A DNA stretch of 64,000 bases from Acetatifactor sp. (GTDB lineage: Bacteria > Bacillota > Clostridia > Lachnospirales > Lachnospiraceae), in the NCBI GenBank assembly GCA_022511425.1, contig JAFLRO010000005.1, positions 3,326 to 67,325 of the forward strand, given 5' to 3'. The notes beneath the pieces were generated by a model. The model was not told the origin of the DNA and searched no databases. It saw only the letters and a program-made list of their open reading frames with translations. Positions 56,421 through 64,000 of this stretch are shown in pieces (within the stretch, counting starts at the first letter, position 1; each line of letters opens with the position of its first letter). The translations under genes and the position numbers were made by a program.

Positions 56421-57036
56421 GCCCATACTCCTTACGAAGATAAATACTCTTCCAAAACTCTATCAGCTTTGTGAAATCTTTCTCCATTTGGTCCATATCC
56501 ACATTACCCCGCTGTACCATTTCCCAGAGATACCCCTCGGATGCCCAATACATTTCCTGATACATCATATCCACATCAAGACCGGGAATAAATTGGTCAG
56601 GATCAAGATTCAACCGTGTTTTATCTGCCTTGAGATTAAAGTATTTATGATAGCTCTCCTGAATAGCCGCATTGATTTCCGGATCTTTTTCATAAAAGGC
56701 TTTAATCGTAAATGTTCCCATATCCGGGTAAAGCTGTATAATCTCCATCTTGGCTCGCATTCCTCGTTCTAAGCTTTCAAACAATTCTTTCTGACCGTAG
56801 CATCCATATCTTGTCAGGAACTCTATAGTTGTCTGGGCGCATTTGTCCCAAAGAAACAAATACAACTCTTTCTTGTTATGAAAATAATGAAAAAGTAATG
56901 ATTTGCTGATTCCCGCCGCATCAGCAATCTCACTCATGGGACTGTTTTTATAGGAATTCTGTGAAAATACCCGATACCCGGCGTTGATAATCGCCTGTTG
57001 CTTTTTTATGGGTAAAGAAAAGAACTTTTCATTCAT
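56407..57036 (-). CDS. TetR/AcrR-family transcriptional regulator
   Basis: The N-terminal HTH (MSEIADAAGISKSLLFHYF) is typical of TetR_N. It is the first gene of the ABC operon. Confidence 0.85.
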   Translation of the reverse strand: MNEKFFSLPIKKQQAIINAGYRVFSQNSYKNSPMSEIADAAGISKSLLFHYFHNKKELYLFLWDKCAQTTIEFLTRYGCYGQKELFESLERGMRAKMEIIQLYPDMGTFTIKAFYEKDPEINAAIQESYHKYFNLKADKTRLNLDPDQFIPGLDVDMMYQEMYWASEGYLWEMVQRGNVDMDQMEKDFTKLIEFWKSIYLRKEYGHGSN

Positions 57037-57186
57037 GGCGTCACCCCTGTTGACCGATTCGGTTTACTATATTACATTGTAATTCTGTTGACCGATTTTG
57101 AGAAGACCCTTTTCAGTGAAATTTGAGGAAAAATAAAAGACACCGCTCAAAGCGATGCCTTCGATAATGTATAGTATTCCCGCCTA

Positions 57187-58008
57187 TTAGGAAAATATGG
57201 TAGCAAGTAAATATAGTATGATGATATGTGCAGGATAAAAAATGTAAAAAAATGACTTTAACCCTTTTCCTCGTTCCCCATTATATAAAAGCATTGGTAC
57301 GGCTGCCCCGCACATTAACCATTGAATTCCACCACGGTTCAGAACATACACCGCCATCGACATAATGAATAATATTATAATTTGGATTATTCTCTTTTCC
57401 CTGAAAATGTAAAACAACACACCTAAAATGACAAGTAGAAATCCGCCTTCAACTGTCAGAATATTTGGAATAAGCAATGATACAAATACTAACACACGAA
57501 TTAAAATAAATGGAATTTTTTCATTTGCAGACAAAGCGCCTGCAAGGAGCAACGGAGCTGTACACAATACCGGTATGATACATCCCAAAAAACTTTTTAA
57601 AATGAATGTCACTTTTCTCTTCTTTATTCCCTCAACAAACCAATCCCAAAACTGTATATACAATCCTGTCACGAAAAAAGTACTAAACGCGTTATTCATA
57701 AGTACAACATCGGGATTGGGAACAAGAATTGACAATAAGGTGGTTATCACCGTCATTCCCCAACTTGCAAACAGAAGCCGTTTCAGATAGTTTTTACGAT
57801 TACTTGTATATCGAAAGCTATCTACCGCTATAAACAGGAACAAGGGAAATACAGGTCTGCCCAACATAGTAAGCCATAACGGTGCTCCGTTCGATGCATA
57901 CATCTGATGAATATGGTCAAATACCATTAAAAACAGAGCAATTAGCTTTATTGTGGTTGCATCCAATATCATCCATTTCTTAAGGCTATTCTTTTCTCCT
58001 GTGATCAT
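57187..58008 (-). CDS. TraX-family membrane protein
   Basis: 273 aa. IKLIALFLMVFDHIHQMY is typical of the TraX N-terminus. About 8 TM. Confidence 0.68.
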   Translation of the reverse strand: MITGEKNSLKKWMILDATTIKLIALFLMVFDHIHQMYASNGAPLWLTMLGRPVFPLFLFIAVDSFRYTSNRKNYLKRLLFASWGMTVITTLLSILVPNPDVVLMNNAFSTFFVTGLYIQFWDWFVEGIKKRKVTFILKSFLGCIIPVLCTAPLLLAGALSANEKIPFILIRVLVFVSLLIPNILTVEGGFLLVILGVLFYIFREKRIIQIIILFIMSMAVYVLNRGGIQWLMCGAAVPMLLYNGERGKGLKSFFYIFYPAHIIILYLLATIFS

Positions 58009-58409
58009 TCTTCATTTTCCTCCTCATTCACGGATGATAAAGCTGCTTTATCTTTTTTAGAAGCTGCTTTTTTCAACAAGTCCTCTGCCGATACTCCATA
58101 AAGATTCGCTAAAGCAATTAAGTTAGAGGTACTTGGATCTGCACTTCCGTTTTCCCATTTAGATACAGCCTGCCTACTCACATCAATCGCCTCAGCAACA
58201 AACTCCTGCGTCATCTTACAACGAATTCGGTTTTCTTTCAGCAACTCTGCCAATGTCTTTCTTATTTCCACTTTTTCATACCGCACATCTGCGGAATTAA
58301 TATACTTTCGAAGCGCTCTGACCACTAAAGAAATAAAATAAATTACGAAAGCAATAAAAGCCAAAGCAAAAATGATACAGATGATGCCCAACAATCTGTA
58401 ACCCACCAT
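58005..58409 (-). CDS. Membrane-anchored XRE-family HTH protein
   Basis: ORF 58005..58466. GGAGGAG plus 7 nt selects MVGYRLLGIICIIFALAFIAF (TM). C-terminal HTH MTQEFVAEAIDVSRQAVSKWENG. It overlaps the TraX gene by 4 nt. Confidence 0.7.
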   Translation of the reverse strand: MVGYRLLGIICIIFALAFIAFVIYFISLVVRALRKYINSADVRYEKVEIRKTLAELLKENRIRCKMTQEFVAEAIDVSRQAVSKWENGSADPSTSNLIALANLYGVSAEDLLKKAASKKDKAALSSVNEEENEE

Positions 58410-58718
58410 AGAATACTCCTCCATTTTTTCGTAAGTATAATCTATATTATCAGTTGCGTCCACCAATTTCTACGCAACTATCTGTTTCTATTGTAATTTT
58501 TGCCAGTCAACATATATAAAACACGAGATGCTACATTCATGGTTATGCAACATCCCGTATCTTTACATCTCATTATTTTCAGCTTACGAAAGTTCTAGTT
58601 TTGAAACAAACATCATCAATAATTCTCACTCACATAAATTGAAACCCTGTTCTGAATAACTTCCATGACTTCTTCGACGGTTTCTCTACCCTCAAAATAC
58701 AAATATTTCTTTATCCCC

Positions 58719-60596
58719 CTATACATAATACTGTGACTGAGCTTCCCACATTCTGTGATATACTCCCTTGTCGTCTGCTACGAGTTTATCATGGGTTCCA
58801 TGTTCCACAATTTTCCCTTCGTCGAACACAACAATCTCATCGCAGAAGCGGCAGCTGCTCATACGGTGTGATATGAATACCGCGGTCTTTCCCGTCACCA
58901 TATCATTGAACCGCGTATAAATATCCTGTTCAGCGATAGGATCCAATGCGCTTGTGGGTTCATCCAGTATCACCATTGGTGCATCGCGGTAGAGCGCTCT
59001 GGCAAGTGCTATTTTTTGCTTCTCGCCGCCCGATATCTCGATTCCTTCCTCGTCGCCATCCTGTTGATCCTTTAAAAGTCTCGAGTCGATCCCGCTCTTC
59101 ATCTCCTGTACCCTATCATAAATACCTGCATCCTGAAGGCTCTTAATAACCCTCTCCCTGTCAAATTCAGGACCTGCTGCCACATTTTCCGCCACAGAGA
59201 ATGAGAATATCTTGTAGTCCTGGAACACGATTGAAAAGAGGCGAATATACTCATCATAATCGTATTTGCGAATGTCAATTCCATTCAGAAGGATCTCGCC
59301 CTCCGTAGGGTCATAGAGCCTGCACAAAAGCTTGATAAAGGTAGTCTTACCGGCTCCGTTCGCCCCAACGATCGCTACCTTTTGTCCGGCCCTTAACCGA
59401 AACGATACATTCTTTAAGACCATCCTGTCATTGTTCGGATAGTGAAAGCTGACATTCTTAAACTCCAGCTCATACTCGTTGTCAAGACGTTTCTCCACAG
59501 GCAGTGTACCGTCATACTTCTCGTTCTTTACAGCCATCAGTTCATTGTAGCTCTCCAGATAAATGTTTTGAGTATTGATATCGATCATCAATGCAAACAC
59601 AGAACCTATTTGTGCTTGGAGCAGTGTGATCGCACTGATGTATTTCGTCACTTCACCGATAGTGATCATGCCGTAGATCGCCTTGATCCCCACGAACAGA
59701 TAGACAACCACAATAAATATATTCTGTGAAAGAAGCGACCATACTCTCACCTTCATGCGGCTCCTTATGGCCTGCTTCTGTGCATCTTCGATGTCGTCCC
59801 GGGCTTCCATCCCCTTCTTCTCGATCATGTCGAACATCTTAAATATCCTGATATCCTTTCCCATTGGATAGTTATTGATCAGGTTAAAAAAGAACCAGTA
59901 AATTCTTCCGCTCCTTACCTCTATCTGATCGCAGTCATAACGAATCTGCCCCTGCTTCGCCTCACACCTACTGTTAACATAAATACTTATGATCAGCAGA
60001 CCAAGGAGCACACAATAGCTAATGGGAGAAGCAAAGAACCTAAATACCGCACCTTCTCCCTGATATGGGGTGACCGCAAGAAGCCCTGCCATCGTTATGA
60101 TTGCAGCAATACAGGAAAAAACAGCGCCGAACAGATTCAGCGAATTATGTAGGTATCCTCCCATCCCTCCCATTTTATCGGTATTGCCATCTGCCTGTGC
60201 AATCAGATCCAGGGTACTGTTTCTCTCAAGAATATCATAGTCGAGGCTCATTGCCTTGTACCCGATATCTCGATTCTTCCGCTCCGATACCAATGCATTG
60301 CGCACATTAATAAAATGTCCGAGTGCATGCCATGTCAATTCGATCAACATGGTGCTCCCAACCATGATTGCAGCAACAGTGAGGATTTCTTTGATATCTG
60401 CTTCTTCCACTAACATATCAACGATTTTGGCTCCCAGAATCATGGATATGAATGGCAGCAACCGTCTAAGGAGCATAAACAGGATGCTGATCGGAATGTA
60501 AGAGGGGCAAAGCCTATGAGTCGTGACAATATTCTTTTTAACGCTTTTAAAAAAGGGAGGTCTGTTGTTTTGCTCACCGTTCTTATGCTTCTTCAT
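58719..60596 (-). CDS. ABC transporter, fused permease/ATP-binding (type I exporter half-transporter)
   Basis: ORF 58719..60668. AAGGAGGGG SD selects MKKHKNGEQ. 6-TM domain plus NBD (GANGAGKTT, ISGGEKQK, ILDEPTSALD). Confidence 0.9.
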   Translation of the reverse strand: MKKHKNGEQNNRPPFFKSVKKNIVTTHRLCPSYIPISILFMLLRRLLPFISMILGAKIVDMLVEEADIKEILTVAAIMVGSTMLIELTWHALGHFINVRNALVSERKNRDIGYKAMSLDYDILERNSTLDLIAQADGNTDKMGGMGGYLHNSLNLFGAVFSCIAAIITMAGLLAVTPYQGEGAVFRFFASPISYCVLLGLLIISIYVNSRCEAKQGQIRYDCDQIEVRSGRIYWFFFNLINNYPMGKDIRIFKMFDMIEKKGMEARDDIEDAQKQAIRSRMKVRVWSLLSQNIFIVVVYLFVGIKAIYGMITIGEVTKYISAITLLQAQIGSVFALMIDINTQNIYLESYNELMAVKNEKYDGTLPVEKRLDNEYELEFKNVSFHYPNNDRMVLKNVSFRLRAGQKVAIVGANGAGKTTFIKLLCRLYDPTEGEILLNGIDIRKYDYDEYIRLFSIVFQDYKIFSFSVAENVAAGPEFDRERVIKSLQDAGIYDRVQEMKSGIDSRLLKDQQDGDEEGIEISGGEKQKIALARALYRDAPMVILDEPTSALDPIAEQDIYTRFNDMVTGKTAVFISHRMSSCRFCDEIVVFDEGKIVEHGTHDKLVADDKGVYHRMWEAQSQYYV

Positions 60597-62415
60597 CTCC
60601 TGCCCCTCCTTCTTTGTAATACTGACTCTGGATTTCAAAAACCTCAGCGTACTTCCCCTTCTTTTCAAGCAGCTCGTTATGAGTACCTGTCTCTATGATC
60701 CTTCCTTTCTCAATGAAGAGAATCCTATCACAGAACTTCGTGCTGGCAAGTCTATGGGAGATGAACAGCGCTGATTTGCCCTGTGTGGCTTTTTTATATT
60801 CCTCGTACATGTTGCTTTCTGCAATAGGATCCAGCGCAGCTGTGGGCTCATCAAGCACAAACATGGGAGCGTCCTTATAAAGGCATCTGGCAAGCATCAG
60901 CTTCTGTATCATCCCCCCGGACAGCTCGATTCCATCAGGGTCAAAACTCTGAGTCAAGTTCGTACGTTCCTTACGGTCAAGAATCTCAACATCCTTCCAT
61001 AAATCTGCACGAATCAGGCATTCCCGTACTCTGGACATATCCGTTTCATCTTCAATGCGTCCTGAAACATTCCCGGCAATAGATACCGGAATTGTGTTAA
61101 TATCCTGAAAGATTGTTGCCAAAAGATCATGGTATTCATCAAGATTCAGTGTCTCAATGGAATGACCGCCGATCAGGATCTCTCCGCCGGTGGGATGATA
61201 TAAGCCACACAATAATTTTACAAGCGTCGATTTCCCTGCGCCGTTATTGCCCACCAGAGCAATCTTCTCACCCGATTTGATGGAGAATGAAATGTCTTTC
61301 AGGATATCCTCTCCATCCTCCTCATACCTGAAAAACACATTCCTGAACTCGATATCGGGAAGTCTCTTTCTCCACTCATCAGGAATGCTCATGCCTTCCT
61401 TGCGCATGAATTTATCGGGAACATCCATCATCTTTCGATATTCACATATCATCAGATTCCCCTCAAGAAGATAACTGATATGATATCTGATATTTCCGAA
61501 CCATTCGGCAAGTCCACTGACGACCCCTAATCCAAGCGCAAATTCTGCTAAGCTTACATTTCCATCAAGCACCCCGGCAACTAATATCCCGTATGCCAGC
61601 ATGTCCCTTGCCGCAACAAAGACAGCATCCGAGACATCGACTGCATACTTACGCCTGCTATGCCTTACTGTCAATTCCCTGTTTCTATCTATGAGTCTGT
61701 CAAAACCCGACCGAAACCAATCCGCCATATTATAAATTCTGATATCCTTACCATTTACCAAGGATGTCGTCTGTTGCTTCAGGTAAAAGAACCTACCCCA
61801 TATCTTATACCGATTGTCCATGTTATCCGCCCTGAATTTACGGGATCTTGCTTCTAACAGAGAACTCACAATGGACATGACGATAACGATCACCATGATC
61901 CGCCAATCAAAATACGAAATCGTCAGGGAATAAAGAAGTATCCCAAGAATAGTCGCAACGATCAACGGGTAGTTAATATACATCAGGTTCACGCCCTGTC
62001 TGTACATGTGCACGGCATGGGTGGCACGGGTCAGAAGGCGCTGTTGTGCAGGTGATTCCACGTTATCATAATCTGTACGAAGACTCTTTTTCACCAGCTT
62101 AAGTAAGAACTCTCTGTTTTGGGTTGTCTCGTAATAATAGTCGCTCCATTCCTTGATATATTGACTACCAAGACGGCAGAAAAAGTACACCGCCAGCATG
62201 ACCGCCATAACCATCAGATAGTGGCTCACTTTTCCTTTTTCCGTGATGCTGGCCACTGCTGCCGCAAGCGTGACCGTCCCTACCACACGCCCTACAAGAT
62301 TAAAAAAAACGGTGCCGTATACTCCCAGCCTCATCTTTGGACATACTTCGTACAAAGTCCGGTACACATACCGTACATTGTTGAACAATGTGTATTTCTT
62401 TTCTTTTTCTCTCAT
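60583..62415 (-). CDS. ABC transporter, fused permease/ATP-binding (partner half-transporter)
   Basis: 610 aa. TMD plus NBD (GNNGAGKST, LSGGMIQK, VLDEPTAALD). It overlaps the downstream partner gene by 14 nt. Confidence 0.9.
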   Translation of the reverse strand: MREKEKKYTLFNNVRYVYRTLYEVCPKMRLGVYGTVFFNLVGRVVGTVTLAAAVASITEKGKVSHYLMVMAVMLAVYFFCRLGSQYIKEWSDYYYETTQNREFLLKLVKKSLRTDYDNVESPAQQRLLTRATHAVHMYRQGVNLMYINYPLIVATILGILLYSLTISYFDWRIMVIVIVMSIVSSLLEARSRKFRADNMDNRYKIWGRFFYLKQQTTSLVNGKDIRIYNMADWFRSGFDRLIDRNRELTVRHSRRKYAVDVSDAVFVAARDMLAYGILVAGVLDGNVSLAEFALGLGVVSGLAEWFGNIRYHISYLLEGNLMICEYRKMMDVPDKFMRKEGMSIPDEWRKRLPDIEFRNVFFRYEEDGEDILKDISFSIKSGEKIALVGNNGAGKSTLVKLLCGLYHPTGGEILIGGHSIETLNLDEYHDLLATIFQDINTIPVSIAGNVSGRIEDETDMSRVRECLIRADLWKDVEILDRKERTNLTQSFDPDGIELSGGMIQKLMLARCLYKDAPMFVLDEPTAALDPIAESNMYEEYKKATQGKSALFISHRLASTKFCDRILFIEKGRIIETGTHNELLEKKGKYAEVFEIQSQYYKEGGAGDEEA

Positions 62416-62519
62416 ATGTCCTCTCCTGTTACATACGTAATATATCGTACCCTATTCCTAATACAGAATGCCAACTTACACCGATAATATTAACATATCT
62501 TATCCTGAAAAAAGAAAAT

Positions 62520-62546
62520 GTGCACGAATTGTTATTTTTCGTGCAC
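62520..62546 (-). terminator. Intrinsic terminator of the LytTR/kinase operon
   Basis: Perfect 9-bp stem GTGCACGAA / TTCGTGCAC. On the minus strand it is followed by ATTTTCTTTTTT. Confidence 0.65.
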
Positions 62547-62569
62547 GAACTTGTTACTTTTTACACTCT

Positions 62570-62634
62570 GCTTCATTTATTCGGCTTCATTCAGGTGAAT
62601 TCAAGAAGGCCTCATTCAGAGGTGCTTCATTCAG
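62570..62634. repeat. Four copies of GCYTCATTCAG-like motif
   Basis: Copies start at 62570 (partial), 62584, 62609 and 62624, with spacings of 14, 25 and 15 nt. They lie between the kinase stop codon and the terminator. Confidence 0.6.
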
Positions 62635-62724
62635 ACCAGTACTGACATATCCTTCTGATAATGACAGATATCTTTTGCGATTACATATATTTTTGCGATG
62701 ATCTATATTGTTTACAGCGCCCTG

Positions 62725-63375
62725 TCACAGCGGCAGCATGATCTCAGTGGAGAACACCCCCGGCTCATTGGCCCGTCTGATATATCCCTTATATTTATCA
62801 ACGACAATATCAATTCGCTTTAAACCATGTCCATGATCACCGCGCTTATTCGAGATGTACTCAGCATCCAGCTTCCTGATCACTTCGCCGGTAGAATTTG
62901 TCACAGCAATGTACAACTGCTGTTTTCGGATACACAAATAGATCCGCAGGAACCGCTCCGCATCCTTTGGCATCTTCCGGCAGGATTCCACCGCATTGTC
63001 GATCAGATTGCCCATAATGACACACAGATCAATATCTGCGATCGCCAGATTCTCTCCCACTTCTGCCTTGCAATTAATATGAATCTTTTCTTTTTCCGCT
63101 ACACTCAGCTTACTATTTAGGATTGCATCCAAACTGATATTGCCAGTAGTGTATTTCACTTTAATACCATCCAGATCTGCCTCAAGTTCATTCAGGTATT
63201 TTTCAGCTTCCTGAATCTGTCCCATCGCAAGATGAGCCTTAAGTTTCTGGAGATGATTATGATAGTCATGGCGCCAACCGCGCATTGTCATATATATCCC
63301 ATTGACTTCCTCAACCTGTCTGGACATGACCTGAACCTGATAATTCAAATACTTTTTATCGCGAAAATGAAACAT
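62725..63375 (-). CDS. HPK10-type (AgrC/ComD-like) histidine kinase catalytic core without transmembrane sensor domain
   Basis: 216 aa. H-box WRHDYHNHLQ. GHKL N-box GNLIDNAVES and G-box GDHGHGLKRI. There is no hydrophobic N-terminal region. Only 35 nt separate it from the upstream regulator gene. Confidence 0.75.
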   Translation of the reverse strand: MFHFRDKKYLNYQVQVMSRQVEEVNGIYMTMRGWRHDYHNHLQKLKAHLAMGQIQEAEKYLNELEADLDGIKVKYTTGNISLDAILNSKLSVAEKEKIHINCKAEVGENLAIADIDLCVIMGNLIDNAVESCRKMPKDAERFLRIYLCIRKQQLYIAVTNSTGEVIRKLDAEYISNKRGDHGHGLKRIDIVVDKYKGYIRRANEPGVFSTEIMLPL

Positions 63376-63410
63376 TCCATGCCTCCTGATTCCGGTCCAT
63401 CACTTCTATA

Positions 63411-64000
63411 TCATCCTTTAAAAAAATATTTCATGAAAGCATCGTTCAGTCTCCCATAAGCGCCACGACTGACCGGTACCGCTTCCCCATTTTCAAGGAT
63501 ACAGTCCTCACGAGTGATTTTATTGACATATTCAAGATTCACCACAACCGAACGGTTCGCCATAACAAATCTGTCAGAATCAAGCTTTACGAGCATTTCC
63601 TTGAGGCTAGCCTTCCATTCATAACGTTTGCTTACTGTCTGCATTTGAAGATAATGCCCCTCCACCTTCACATACATGATCTCGTTCCTTGAAAGCTTCA
63701 GATTCTCGCCAAGATATCTGATTGTCAGATAATCCTCCGCATGTTCCCGGATTTTCTCCATACATGCATCCAATGCTTGTGTCAACTTGCTCTCGTCAAT
63801 AGGCTTTACTAAATATCTGACCGCGCCTATCTCATATCCTTCAAATACATACTCCGGATTTCCGGTGAGAAACACGACCTGCACATTCTGATCAAATTTT
63901 CTAATCTCACGTGCCAGTTCCATGCCATTCATATCATTCATCCAGACATCGAGGAAAATAATATCAAAAATATTCTGCTTGTCGTATTTAAACAGAAATT
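63411..64000 (-). CDS. LytTR-family response regulator; 5' end beyond the window
   Basis: The track ORF starts at the internal Met at 63941, but the frame stays open to the window edge (...FLFKYDKQNIFDIIFLDVWMNDMNGMELAREI). It has a receiver domain and a C-terminal LytTR DNA-binding domain (IMYVKVEGHYLQMQT...). Confidence 0.85.
   Translation of the reverse strand, partial: FLFKYDKQNIFDIIFLDVWMNDMNGMELAREIRKFDQNVQVVFLTGNPEYVFEGYEIGAVRYLVKPIDESKLTQALDACMEKIREHAEDYLTIRYLGENLKLSRNEIMYVKVEGHYLQMQTVSKRYEWKASLKEMLVKLDSDRFVMANRSVVVNLEYVNKITREDCILENGEAVPVSRGAYGRLNDAFMKYFFKG

Overview
The gene content fits a chromosomal segment of a moderate-GC Firmicute, probably a Lachnospiraceae-like member of the Clostridia. 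Supporting genes are the yqeG-aroE-aroK/aroQ-efp block, DUF5688- and DUF3842-like proteins, ECF-type transport, and many GGDEF, GNAT and ABC genes. I call about 60 protein genes. All but three (a 50-aa ORF, an ECF-S-like permease and pepF) are on the minus strand. There is one tRNA-Arg(CCG). I saw no rRNA, CRISPR array, transposase, integrase or phage structural gene. Core genes include metA, ligA, rluF-like, RNase HI, gdhA, efp, the shikimate genes, pepF and a PPi-type phosphofructokinase. Accessory blocks are interspersed. They include a left-edge AlbA_2/Schlafen-type gene missing from the ORF track, an ECF sigma/anti-sigma/vWA lipoprotein operon, and two paralogous about 765-aa solute-binding-like lipoproteins bracketing acyltransferase and SDR genes. 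An AT-rich GNAT-dense stretch (about 37-40 kb and 44-50 kb) holds a UvrA paralogue, an XRE-TPR regulator, Fe-S proteins, a 2H phosphoesterase and a P-loop protein. Further right are two ABC-2 modules (one with a two-component system, one with TetR). At the right edge a LytTR regulator and a sensor-less HPK10-type kinase sit next to a heterodimeric ABC exporter. I found no cluster that I can confidently call a new defence or other system. The most checkable novelties are two promoter-leader-terminator units of unknown class, several structured or tandem intergenic repeats, and a few gene pairings of unknown function. All calls rest on by-eye translation and motif recognition; no searches were run.
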